From: Candidatus Saccharimonadota bacterium
GTDB taxonomy: Bacteria; Patescibacteriota; Gracilibacteria; UBA1369; 2-02-FULL-48-14
Direction: 5' to 3'
Assembly (NCBI GenBank): GCA_041661045.1
Contig: JBAZVE010000001.1
Coordinates: forward strand, 660,001 to 692,000
DNA length: 32,000 nt
Positions within the stretch are counted from its first letter, which is position 1, and each line of letters begins with the position of its first letter. This document shows positions 1 to 9,000 of the stretch, one piece after another. The notes under the pieces were generated by a model. It was not told the origin of the DNA. It saw only the letters and a program-made list of their open reading frames with translations, and ran no database searches. A program made the position numbers and the translations under genes.

Positions 1-103
1 GGTCTATCATTTGCTCTCTGGTTAAGTGCTAAAACTCTACGCTATTCCTACCTTTTGTCAAATCGCGTTGTTGAACTTGTACTTTAGGTGTTAAACTTGC
101 GGC

Positions 104-1858
104 ATGCGAAAAAACACTCGGCTCACCCTGCAGTTTTATGGAAAATATTTGCGGAAGCAATGGTTTTTGGTTTTGCTTGTGTTTATTGGGGCGACGGGGG
201 GTGCATCGGGCGCGATGGTGAATGCGTTTTTCCTTAAGAATTTGATCAATGCATTGAATCAGGGGCAGGCGGAACGGCTCATGCCTATTTTGTTCAGTAT
301 TGTGGGCATTGGTCTTGCGGAGTGGTTTTTTTGGCGGCTTTCTTTTTATTCCATGTGCATTGTGGAAAGTCGTGGGATGAAGGAAGTTGCAGACGCTTGT
401 TTTGAGCACCTGCATAAGCACTCCACTAACTTTTTCAACAATCAGTTTGTGGGTTCTTTGGTCAAACGAGTGGGACGGATGGCGCGGAGTTTTGAAGACA
501 TTTTAGATCAAATTTTTTATGATTTTTATACTTTGAGTTTGCGCATTGTGATTGCGGTGGTGGTTTTGTTCACGCTTAATTTTTGGCTGGGATTTTCTAT
601 TTTGGTTTGGGTCTCTATTTTTGTGGGACTGCATTTGTGGATTTCTTCGTACAAACTCAAACGCTATAACCTTCCTAAAGCGGAGGCAGATACGCGGCTT
701 ACCGCTCAGCTTGCCGATAGCATCACCAATAACAGTACGATCAAACTTTTTGCTAACTTTAAATATGAGCGGAGCCGATTTGCGGAGGTGACGCAGGACT
801 GGTCCTCTAAAATTCGGGCGGCATGGTTTTTTAATAATCATGTGGAGGCGGTGCAATTTCTTTTTATGTTGAGCTTGGAATTTTTAGTTTTTTACCTCGC
901 CATTTTGGAGTGGAAAACCGGGTCTTTGACCGTGGGGCATTTCATACTTTTGCAAAGTTATCTTTTAGAATTGTTCTCACAACTCTGGGGCTTTGATCGA
1001 TCGCTCCGTCGGTTTTATGAAAGCTTGGCGGATGCCGAAGAAATGACGGAGATTTTGCAAACTCCAATTGAAGTGGTGGACAAGCCACGGGCTAAAAATT
1101 TGGTGATGAAAAAAGGAGCGGTGGATTTTGATCGCGTGTCGTTTTCCTATACGGATGATATTGATCAAAGTGTGATCAAACAGCTTTCTTTTTCGGTGAA
1201 ACCGGGCGAGCGGGTTGCACTTATTGGACTTTCGGGTGGAGGGAAAACCACGCTCATTAAACTCCTTTTGCGTCTTTTTGATTTGGATGGAGGGCGCATT
1301 CTTTTGGATGGGCAGGACATTGCTCAAGTGACTCAAGACAGCTTGCGAAAACAAATTGCTTTGGTGCCACAAGATCCGGTTTTGTTCCACCGATCACTCA
1401 TGGAAAATATTCGTTACGGGCGGCTTGAGGCGACCGATAAAGAGGTCATTACGGCGGCGAAACTGGCGCATTGCCATGAGTTTATTTCCAAGTTGCCCAA
1501 GGGCTACCAAACTTTTGTTGGGGAGAGAGGCGTTAAACTTTCGGGTGGGGAGCGGCAACGCGTGGCCATTGCCAGAGCTATTTTATCTCAGACCAAGATT
1601 TTGGTTTTGGATGAAGCCACTTCGAGCTTGGATTCGGAATCCGAAAAAATGATTAAGGACGCGCTCAAAGTTTTGATGAAGGGAAAAACGGTTTTTGTGA
1701 TTGCCCATCGTTTGTCCACTGTGGTGGACATGGACCGCATTTTGGTTTTGGAAAAAGGGCAGATCGCGGAGGAAGGCACTCACAAAGATTTGATCAAAAA
1801 GAAATCCGGTATTTACAAAAAACTCTGGGATTTGCAGGTGGGTGGGTATTTGGAGTAG
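104..1858 (+). CDS. ABC transporter, fused permease/ATP-binding protein (type I exporter, MsbA/multidrug-like)
   Basis: 584-aa ORF. The N-terminal half is hydrophobic with multiple predicted TM segments. The C-terminal NBD has Walker A GLSGGGKTT, ABC signature LSGGERQR, Walker B ILVLDEATS and H-loop IAHRLST. Confidence 0.93.
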   Translation: MRKNTRLTLQFYGKYLRKQWFLVLLVFIGATGGASGAMVNAFFLKNLINALNQGQAERLMPILFSIVGIGLAEWFFWRLSFYSMCIVESRGMKEVADACFEHLHKHSTNFFNNQFVGSLVKRVGRMARSFEDILDQIFYDFYTLSLRIVIAVVVLFTLNFWLGFSILVWVSIFVGLHLWISSYKLKRYNLPKAEADTRLTAQLADSITNNSTIKLFANFKYERSRFAEVTQDWSSKIRAAWFFNNHVEAVQFLFMLSLEFLVFYLAILEWKTGSLTVGHFILLQSYLLELFSQLWGFDRSLRRFYESLADAEEMTEILQTPIEVVDKPRAKNLVMKKGAVDFDRVSFSYTDDIDQSVIKQLSFSVKPGERVALIGLSGGGKTTLIKLLLRLFDLDGGRILLDGQDIAQVTQDSLRKQIALVPQDPVLFHRSLMENIRYGRLEATDKEVITAAKLAHCHEFISKLPKGYQTFVGERGVKLSGGERQRVAIARAILSQTKILVLDEATSSLDSESEKMIKDALKVLMKGKTVFVIAHRLSTVVDMDRILVLEKGQIAEEGTHKDLIKKKSGIYKKLWDLQVGGYLE

Positions 1859-1922
1859 TGGGGATTGCCAAATCCGTAGGCGGCATGGTAATCTCACCCT
1901 CTATTTTTGTAAGCTCGTTTTT

Positions 1923-2594
1923 ATGTCAGCAGAAAAGGAAGGAAGTACGGACGGTTATGAAGTTGACTCCCGTTTGGTGGATTACAAAGAAATGTACGAT
2001 AGGTGGTCTCTTGATCGCAAAGGGCAAGTACCTTGGTCCGTTGTGCAAGCTAGACTTTTACACGGAAATAACTTGCAGATAGCTCATGCACTACGACAAC
2101 CTGTTTTATTTGGATTTGATAAACGGGGGAATCCACTGGTCGCAGACGAAAGCGTTAGGCCAGCTCTGACGAACCGAGAAACGAGTTATGCTGGGGCAAG
2201 AAGCGCCGTTGTAAGAGATGGGCATCAAATGTTTCCCCCATTACTACCTGCGAATCCTCCTGGTCGGAGCTTGAAACTTCCCGATTCTGTTTGGCTCCTT
2301 TACAGTCAAACTCAAGGTTTGTTTGCAAGTGCCGATGGTTTGCAGTGGGCAGCAAAATCATCTGAAATTAGACAATTTGAAGAGTTTATTGGAGGTCCAT
2401 TTGTAGGACCACCCAGGAGGATAGGCCATCGTGTATCCTCATTTTTGGACTCTGGGCCCCAGAATCTTTCTTGTGCTTTTGTCATCAATTTTGCCTATGG
2501 GGATCCTGGCCATAGTGACTTTACCTATGTAACTGAGGGGGGTGAGTACGATGGAATAGAGCGAGGTGTTCGTCGTATGTTTAGACTCGTCTAG
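1923..2594 (+). CDS. hypothetical protein (possibly DUF4256-like; unverified)
   Basis: The ORF track gives 1842..2594, but its first 27 codons overlap the end of the ABC transporter gene. The first ATG clear of that gene is 1923 (MSAEKEGSTDGYE..., 223 aa). I can name no motif with confidence. The segment W-S-V-VQARL and the tail ERGVRRMFRLV recall DUF4256 from memory only. Codon choice (GTA/GTT, AGA/AGG, CTA, ATA) differs from the neighbouring genes. Confidence 0.55.
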   Translation: MSAEKEGSTDGYEVDSRLVDYKEMYDRWSLDRKGQVPWSVVQARLLHGNNLQIAHALRQPVLFGFDKRGNPLVADESVRPALTNRETSYAGARSAVVRDGHQMFPPLLPANPPGRSLKLPDSVWLLYSQTQGLFASADGLQWAAKSSEIRQFEEFIGGPFVGPPRRIGHRVSSFLDSGPQNLSCAFVINFAYGDPGHSDFTYVTEGGEYDGIERGVRRMFRLV

Positions 2595-2995
2595 CTCTTC
2601 TTCAATAGCACTGCGTAGCTTTTTCGGTTTTGCCACAAAAAGGTAAGATTGAGGAGGAGAAGCACATTGCCCATAACTGCGCCGCCGGTGAAAGGGCCTC
2701 CGTCCAGCACCCAGTGGAAAGCCACAATGTTAACCGTGATGGGGAGAATGAGCAGTGCCACCAGTGCCATTCGGTTCGCGATGGTGAGGCCGATGGCGAC
2801 GGCGAAAATCAGTGCAATGAGCAAGGGGATGTATTGAGCCTCCGTTAATGCTTGGATGAAATTGAAGGCCTTTTCGGTGCTGTACATGTCAGCTGTTGGC
2901 TCCGGAAAAACGCCCAGGGTTCCCAGAATGGGCATGAGCATAATGAGGACGAGTAAAACTCTGCCGAGGATGGTGAGGATTTTTTTCATATTCAT
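2591..2995 (-). CDS. small integral membrane protein, four predicted TM helices (DoxX-like size and topology; family not verified)
   Basis: 134-aa ORF with hydrophobic stretches ILTILGRVLLVLIMLMPILGTLG, YIPLLIALIFAVAIGLTI, ALVALLILPITVNIVAFHWVL and AVMGNVLLLLNLTFLW. Its stop shares the palindrome CTAG (2591-2594) with the convergent upstream gene. Confidence 0.75.
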   Translation of the reverse strand: MNMKKILTILGRVLLVLIMLMPILGTLGVFPEPTADMYSTEKAFNFIQALTEAQYIPLLIALIFAVAIGLTIANRMALVALLILPITVNIVAFHWVLDGGPFTGGAVMGNVLLLLNLTFLWQNRKSYAVLLKKS

Positions 2996-3036
2996 AAACG
3001 GAGTGGATAAGAATGAGACCAGTCTAACAAGACCCT

Positions 3037-3065
3037 TTGAATTAGCAAGCGGGACTCGTTAGAAT
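3037..3065 (+). promoter_or_regulatory. sigma-70-type promoter of ung: TTGAAT-17 nt-TAGAAT, with the -10 ending 6 nt before the ATG (leaderless-type)
   Basis: TTGAAT at 3037-3042, a 17-nt spacer, TAGAAT at 3060-3065, then TGGGGT and ATG at 3072. No Shine-Dalgarno sequence can fit in 6 nt. Confidence 0.55.
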
Positions 3066-3071
3066 TGGGGT

Positions 3072-3737
3072 ATGGACATCAAAATTCACGAATCATGGAA
3101 ACGGCACTTGGGTGCAGAATTTGAAAAGCCCTACTTTAAAGACTTGGTGGAATTTGTCCGTGCGGAGTACGCTGTGAAGAAAGTTTTTCCGGCACCTGCG
3201 AATATTTTTCGTGCCTTTGAACTGTGTCCGTTTGAAGAAGTTAAAGTTGTGATCTTGGGCCAGGATCCGTACCACGGACCGGGGCAGGCGAATGGACTGT
3301 GTTTTTCTGTGAATTCGGGTGTGCAAATGCCGCCGTCGCTCCAAAATATTTTTAAGGAAATTCAGGCGGATTTGGGTGGGATTCTCCGCACGGAGGGTTG
3401 TTTGGATGACTGGGCGCGGCAGGGGATTTTGCTCCTCAATGCCACGCTCACGGTGCAAGCGCATCAAGCGGGTTCGCATCAAAAAAAAGGTTGGGAACCC
3501 TTCACGGATGCGGTGGTGGAAGCCCTTTCGCGCGAAAAAGAAAATTTGGTTTTTATTTTGTGGGGGAGGTACGCGCAAGAAAAAGGCGCGCGCATTGATG
3601 CGAGCCGGCATTTGATTTTAAAGGCGGCGCATCCTTCGCCCCTCTCCGCGTACAGTGGATTTTTTGGAAGCAAACCGTTCAGCAAAACCAACGCCTATTT
3701 GCAACAGCACGGGAAGGAAGCGGTGAAGTGGGCTTAA
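3072..3737 (+). CDS. ung: uracil-DNA glycosylase, family 1
   Basis: 221 aa. Carries the catalytic water-activating loop GQDPYHGPGQANGLCFS and the C-terminal leucine-intercalation loop region AAHPSPLSA, and has the typical family 1 UDG length. Confidence 0.95.
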   Translation: MDIKIHESWKRHLGAEFEKPYFKDLVEFVRAEYAVKKVFPAPANIFRAFELCPFEEVKVVILGQDPYHGPGQANGLCFSVNSGVQMPPSLQNIFKEIQADLGGILRTEGCLDDWARQGILLLNATLTVQAHQAGSHQKKGWEPFTDAVVEALSREKENLVFILWGRYAQEKGARIDASRHLILKAAHPSPLSAYSGFFGSKPFSKTNAYLQQHGKEAVKWA

Positions 3738-4639
3738 TCAGTGAACGAGAAGCTTTCAAGAAAGTGAGCGAAAGCCTCAGGCTCGCCGGTGGGTTCTACT
3801 AGCACGATATCATAAATGAGTCCGTTTTCTCGCTCCATCATGATGGTGTCAAAAAGGCCAAACGCATTACTGGACCAAGTGTAAGCGGTTTCTCCATCCA
3901 GTTGAATTTCTTTGACAGGGCTAACTCTGGAACCCCAGCGAGTGTCGTCACTCATGATCCATTCTTCAAATGTTAAACCTTCTTGCTCGTATTCATATGA
4001 AGTGGGGGTGTTCACGGTAATATTTAAATCCCATCGCCAGTACTCAGTTCCGTCATGGAGCTCCGCCTCTTTTTTGCGCTCCATTGAAACTGCTCCTAGG
4101 CTGTTGCTACATCCTTCGGTATCGATCTCCCAGTCTTTGGGGAGCTCAAATGAAAAATCATATTCTTCAAAGGTCACCAATTGCCAGCTTTCGTTTAAAA
4201 TTTCTGTTGTGGCGCCATCTTCGGTACAGGGGATGGTCTCTGTGATTTCATCACTGATTTTACTCTCTTCCACTTTAATCTCTTCTTCCTCTTGCACGGT
4301 TTCCCATACGCTGTCGATCTCTTGCTCAATGATCAATACATCTTCTTCCAGCTCCTCAATTTTTTCATTTTGATATTGTATGAACAGCATACCGCCCACG
4401 AGAGTCGCGAAGGCAAGAATGAATTTAACTTTTGAATTGAGCTTGGTTTCTTCGTTAGTGATTTTGTAGACCAACCAACTCACGCCAAAAAGAACGAATG
4501 AGATTAGTACGGTGTGTAAAATTTTGATGATTAACGGATACTGATAATTGTATTCTCCACTGCCAACAATAAGGATGGCTGCGATGAGCGCCACAAGATA
4601 TGCGATGAAGGGATTGTTTTTGAGATCAACGATTTTCAT
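3734..4639 (-). CDS. hypothetical membrane protein (three N-terminal TM helices, acidic linker, C-terminal globular domain)
   Basis: 301-aa ORF. TM-like segments are FIAYLVALIAAILIVG, LIIKILHTVLISFVLFGVSWLVY and FILAFATLVGGMLFI, followed by a Glu-rich linker (EELEEDVLIIEQEIDSVWETVQEEEEIKVEE). No recognisable motif. Its stop shares the palindrome TTAA (3734-3737) with ung. Confidence 0.75.
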   Translation of the reverse strand: MKIVDLKNNPFIAYLVALIAAILIVGSGEYNYQYPLIIKILHTVLISFVLFGVSWLVYKITNEETKLNSKVKFILAFATLVGGMLFIQYQNEKIEELEEDVLIIEQEIDSVWETVQEEEEIKVEESKISDEITETIPCTEDGATTEILNESWQLVTFEEYDFSFELPKDWEIDTEGCSNSLGAVSMERKKEAELHDGTEYWRWDLNITVNTPTSYEYEQEGLTFEEWIMSDDTRWGSRVSPVKEIQLDGETAYTWSSNAFGLFDTIMMERENGLIYDIVLVEPTGEPEAFAHFLESFSFTD

Positions 4640-4693
4640 GAGGCTGTTTGTGAAGAAGGGTATGCGTATTGTGACGCAGGATCTTTACAAAAC

Positions 4694-5962
4694 TTACACA
4701 CCAATCTTGTCTCGTCCGCCCATGTAAGGCCGTAGCACTTCCGGAATGGTGATGCTGCCGTTGGCATTTTGGTAGATTTCCAAAATGGGAATGAGAATGC
4801 GGGGGGAGGCGATGCAGGTGTTATTGAGAGTGTGCACAAATTGCATTTTGCCGTCCTTGTCTTTGTAACGAGTGTTGAGGCGGCGAGCCTGGTAATCCAG
4901 GAAGGTGGAACAAGAATGGGTTTCACCGTAACTTTCGCGAGAGGGCATCCAAGTTTCGATGTCGTTTTTGTAGTATTGGCCTTGTCCCATGTCTCCGCCA
5001 CAAACCGCTACCACGCGGTAGGGGAGCTTGAGGTCCTGCAAAACTTCCTCAGCATTTTTTAGGAGAAAAGCGTGCATTTTTTTACTTTCTTCCATGTCAT
5101 TTTTACACAGGACCACTTGTTCGATTTTTTGGAATTGGTGAATGCGGTAAAGCCCGTGTGTGTCTTTTCCGTAAGTTCCGGCTTCACGACGGAAACAGTT
5201 GGAATAGCCCGCGTAGAGTTTGGGTAGTTCATCTTCTTTCAAAATTTCGTCGCTGTGGTAAGAAGCCACGGCCACTTCGCTGGTTCCAATCAAATATTTT
5301 TCATCGCGTTCCATGGTGTAGGCTTGTTCCTCTCCGCCCGGAAAATATCCGGTGCCTTCCATGGCCTCACGGTTCACCAGGAGCGGGGGAAGGAAGGGGG
5401 TGAAGCCTTTGGCCACGAGTTTATTGAGGGTGTATTGCAAAATGGCGAGTTCCAAAAGCATGCCGTCATTCTTTAAAAAGTAGCTTCGACTTCCGCCGAT
5501 TTTCACTCCTCGGTCGATGTCCACAAGGTCCAGGTCTTTGCCCAGGGTCATGTGATCTTTAGGCTTAAAATCAAATTTTGGAAGTTCGCCCCAGGTGTAA
5601 AGTTCCACATTTTCCGTGTCGTCTTTGCCCTCGGGAGCATCGGGAGAAATGAGTCCCGGAGCGCGGAGCATGAGGGCTTTCCATTCGGTTTCCACTTCAT
5701 TCAAAGCTTCGCTCACGGTTTTTTCACTGTCCCCTTGAGCGCGCATTTCGGCAATGGCTGCTTGCTTTTCTTCGCCGCTGAGTTTTTGGATTTTGTCGGA
5801 AGCCTTGTTTTTTTCTGCGCGAAGTGTGTCTAGTTCAGCCTGTAAACTGCGGCGTTTTTCATCGACTTCAATAAATCGATCCACGGCAAAATCGATCCGT
5901 TTTTTGCGAGCCGCTTCACGGACGAGTTCAGGATTTTGGACAATGAATTTTGGGTCGAGCAT
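4694..5962 (-). CDS. serS: seryl-tRNA synthetase
   Basis: The ORF track extends to 6106, but the conserved SerRS N-terminus MLDPKFIVQNPELV starts at ATG 5962 (cat at 5960-5962), giving 422 aa. It has an N-terminal coiled-coil arm and the class II motif-2-like CFRREAGTYGKDTHGLYRIHQF. The upstream extension would overlap the preceding gene. Confidence 0.93.
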   Translation of the reverse strand: MLDPKFIVQNPELVREAARKKRIDFAVDRFIEVDEKRRSLQAELDTLRAEKNKASDKIQKLSGEEKQAAIAEMRAQGDSEKTVSEALNEVETEWKALMLRAPGLISPDAPEGKDDTENVELYTWGELPKFDFKPKDHMTLGKDLDLVDIDRGVKIGGSRSYFLKNDGMLLELAILQYTLNKLVAKGFTPFLPPLLVNREAMEGTGYFPGGEEQAYTMERDEKYLIGTSEVAVASYHSDEILKEDELPKLYAGYSNCFRREAGTYGKDTHGLYRIHQFQKIEQVVLCKNDMEESKKMHAFLLKNAEEVLQDLKLPYRVVAVCGGDMGQGQYYKNDIETWMPSRESYGETHSCSTFLDYQARRLNTRYKDKDGKMQFVHTLNNTCIASPRILIPILEIYQNANGSITIPEVLRPYMGGRDKIGV

Positions 5963-6009
5963 TTTTTGCAAACTTAAAAAGTGCTGAGAGGATAGCGCGA
6001 AAGGAGGGA

Positions 6010-9000
6010 TTAGACAAGAAGAGGTGCCAGCTTCATTAGATCCTTCAGTTCGAGTTCCTGAAGAAAGGGAGCCATGAGCCCTAAAGCACGGAAACAATGA
6101 ACCCATTCTTCTTTGAGTTCAATTTGTTCTGAACGGCAGAAGTCAAAAAATTCTGTTACATTCTGATTTAGGCTTGCCAGGCTTACTTTTTCACTGCCAT
6201 GGCGTTGAAGCCAAACATTAATTTTATCTTTGAGGTCGGGATGAGCACTTTGCTCTATGATGGATGCCAAAAAAAGACCTAAAGCCATGGGTTTTGAAGC
6301 CAAGGGGTTAATCAATTTTTTAAATAAATTTCGTAAGTTGGTGACGGCTTCCGTGCTTAGCTGACCTAGGTTCCCTGGGTCGATCCAAACAATGGACGCG
6401 GAGGTCGGCCCCGATTTTCTTTGGATGATCATGTTCCCTGGATTTAAATCGGCATGGTAAGACTTGCCACTTAGTATGAGTCTTAAGTTTGCTAAGGCTA
6501 CTTCCTTTTTCAAAGCTTTTGGGTCCAGTCCCAGCTTCCCAATTGCACCATCGTCATCAATTGAACAGCCTTTAATCAACTCTAAGATCAAAGCATCTTC
6601 GCTCTGAGTGACAGGTTGATCAGCACTATCCAATAGGCCTCTTTTCACTAGAGGTGTGCGGATTCCTTCGATCCGTTCTATATGCAAACCCGCGTTTAAG
6701 CTCTCGTAATTGTTTCGTTCATTCCCCATGGAAAGCTCCTCTTTTATTTGCTGCTTAACAATGGTTGCCAGATTAGTAGGTAGGCTGATTGGAAAGAGCC
6801 TTTTCCCTGAATGAGTGGCAGTATTAAAGTGCTCAACCAACGAAGCCAGGACTTGAGCATCCTCCTCCAGTTCCAAATCCAACCAGGAGTGGATTTTTTT
6901 ATAAGCGACCCTTTCTCCGGAATGTAGTTCTGCTTCATATACGGCTGCCATGGATCCCTCCGCAATTTTCCGTCCGATTTCTTTTAAAGGACTTCTTCCC
7001 CCAAAGGCTTGATTGGAGAGTTCATAGACCAAAACCTTATCAGCGTGTTGATTTTGATCGGATAATTTTCTAAAAGCGTGTCTCCACTCTTCCGGCAAAT
7101 CTCTGACTTGTGTGGCGATGTACTGTCCTGCTTTAATCATTATGCCTCCGTATGCTTGCATGATGGATGCCAATGCTTCCGGAACGGAGTGGATATTATC
7201 TGAGGTCATTAATGTCCAAATATCGTGAAAGATAGCAGGAAGTTTTTCTTGTGGACATGTCAGAAGAAATACATTTAGTAAGGATTTACAGGCTTGTCTT
7301 CCATTCTCATCCAACTGATTGGTAACTCCTTCTTTTCTGTCTACAAGCAATCGTACAACTTCTTGAACAAACTTCTCTTTTCGTTTCCCATTCATTGCTC
7401 CTTTTGGAGCAATAAGTAGCTCGGTTAATAGATTGATGCGATCTTGCTTTGAGAAGCTCACGCCAGCGCGCATTGCCTCCTCTAAGTTTATTCCTAAAGA
7501 GAGCTCGATCATCACTCCGAGTGAGGGTTTGCTCAGGAGGAAGTCATCGAGTTCGTACCCTTTTGCAAACTTTAATGACTGTTCTTTTAAGTTGCCATAT
7601 AAGGCTTGTATGCGGTACGGGGTTACCTTCTTGAACTCATAAATGTTTTCTTCCAAGTATAAATTGGTGGCTTTGAATAAAAAGCGTCTCTTGCCGAGCA
7701 AATAGAGTAATATTTCTTCACGGTCGAGGCTATCGACTTTTTCGATGGTGTCCATCAGTGTTTCAGTTCGCACTACAGTTTGTCTTTTTCTCTTTTCTGT
7801 GGATAAGAGTGCGGGTGTTTGATAGAGCTTGGACAGTGCTAAGGTGTCCTCCTCTGTCTGTGCTTGGTCAATGAGTGTGCGAAGCTTTTCATCCCTTTCT
7901 GCACAAGGGTATGGGAAGCAAGAGATCAACTCTTTCAAGGCTCGATTTGCTCTTAAGTGAGGTGGAACTTCAGCTAAAACTTCATTTAAGTAAGTTTCAT
8001 CAAATGGGATTATGCACTGATCCTTTAGTTCCCATAAACGAGAGGAAGCGGCAAGTATAAAAATAGGATTCTTAAAATGTCGCGCAAAACGTGTCAACAG
8101 GTTGGGATCTTCAAGGGCTTGAATTTTGGTCACTACTGTTTCAATCTCGTGGGTATAGTGAATGGTGGGCCACCCCACAGAGCGCATGAGCCAGAGATCT
8201 CGCTCCAAACATTGACTTGAATAGCATCCCACCAAATAATCAATCGCTTCTGTACCCGTTTTTGTTAACCAGTCTTTATAATGGGAACTAAACTCCCAAA
8301 ATAAATCTTCCACAGCGAAACCAACTGAACTTAAGGATTCAGTGTAAGGAACAGCACGCCGTTTTGTGCCAGAAAAATAGGCTAGAGCTGTTTCTTCACC
8401 CAAAGCACCCACCATCATTCTCGGATCTTCCCAAAAATTGAGATCTGAAATTTCATGGTCGCCAAGTGTGGCTCGTGCAGCCACATTAAAAGCCCTCCTT
8501 TTCATTTGTTCGTCAAAAAATGCACTTGCTTCACTCTCGTTTGATAATGCATGAATGGTGTCGTGTATTGTTTTGATCCAATAATCGTGGAGATCTACCA
8601 CATCAAACTCTATTCCTTGTTCTTTTAAAATCTCTTCGACTTCGTCTTTCGGTTTCCCAATTAAGAGCTGAGCTGGGATCCGAACCACAAAATATTCGTG
8701 TTTGTTTTTTTCAATTTGGATTGAGTCTCCGTTGGAAACAAGGACGATTTTCCCTAAGAAGGACTTCTTCCCCTCTTGTATGCGTACAGAAAAGTTTGAA
8801 GAATAGAGGGGGCGTGGCGCGGTTGACCTAGGAGAAGCAATTTTTCCTCCGGTATAACTCAATTGCCAGTCTTTATTCAAGTACATTGTGCCAAAAAATT
8901 CCTCCGCGATGAAGCCGTAACGCGATAGTTTTTCTTCAAACCACTGTCTATCCTTCGCTTTTAATAGTTCGCGCGCCGCATCGTGGGCAATGTACGGGAA

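Noticed and set aside
29-421. 130-aa minus-strand ORF over the start of the ABC transporter
   Set aside because: It is antisense to the conserved transporter TMD and has a basic, low-complexity product. Shadow ORF.
5963-6106. N-terminal extensions in the ORF track for serS (to 6106), dnaK (to 12805), fbp (from 23584) and orf1923 (from 1842)
   Set aside because: In each case the extension overlaps the preceding gene or a promoter/operator. The conserved family N-terminus begins at an internal ATG: 5962, 12760 and 23653. For orf1923 the first ATG clear of the upstream gene is 1923.
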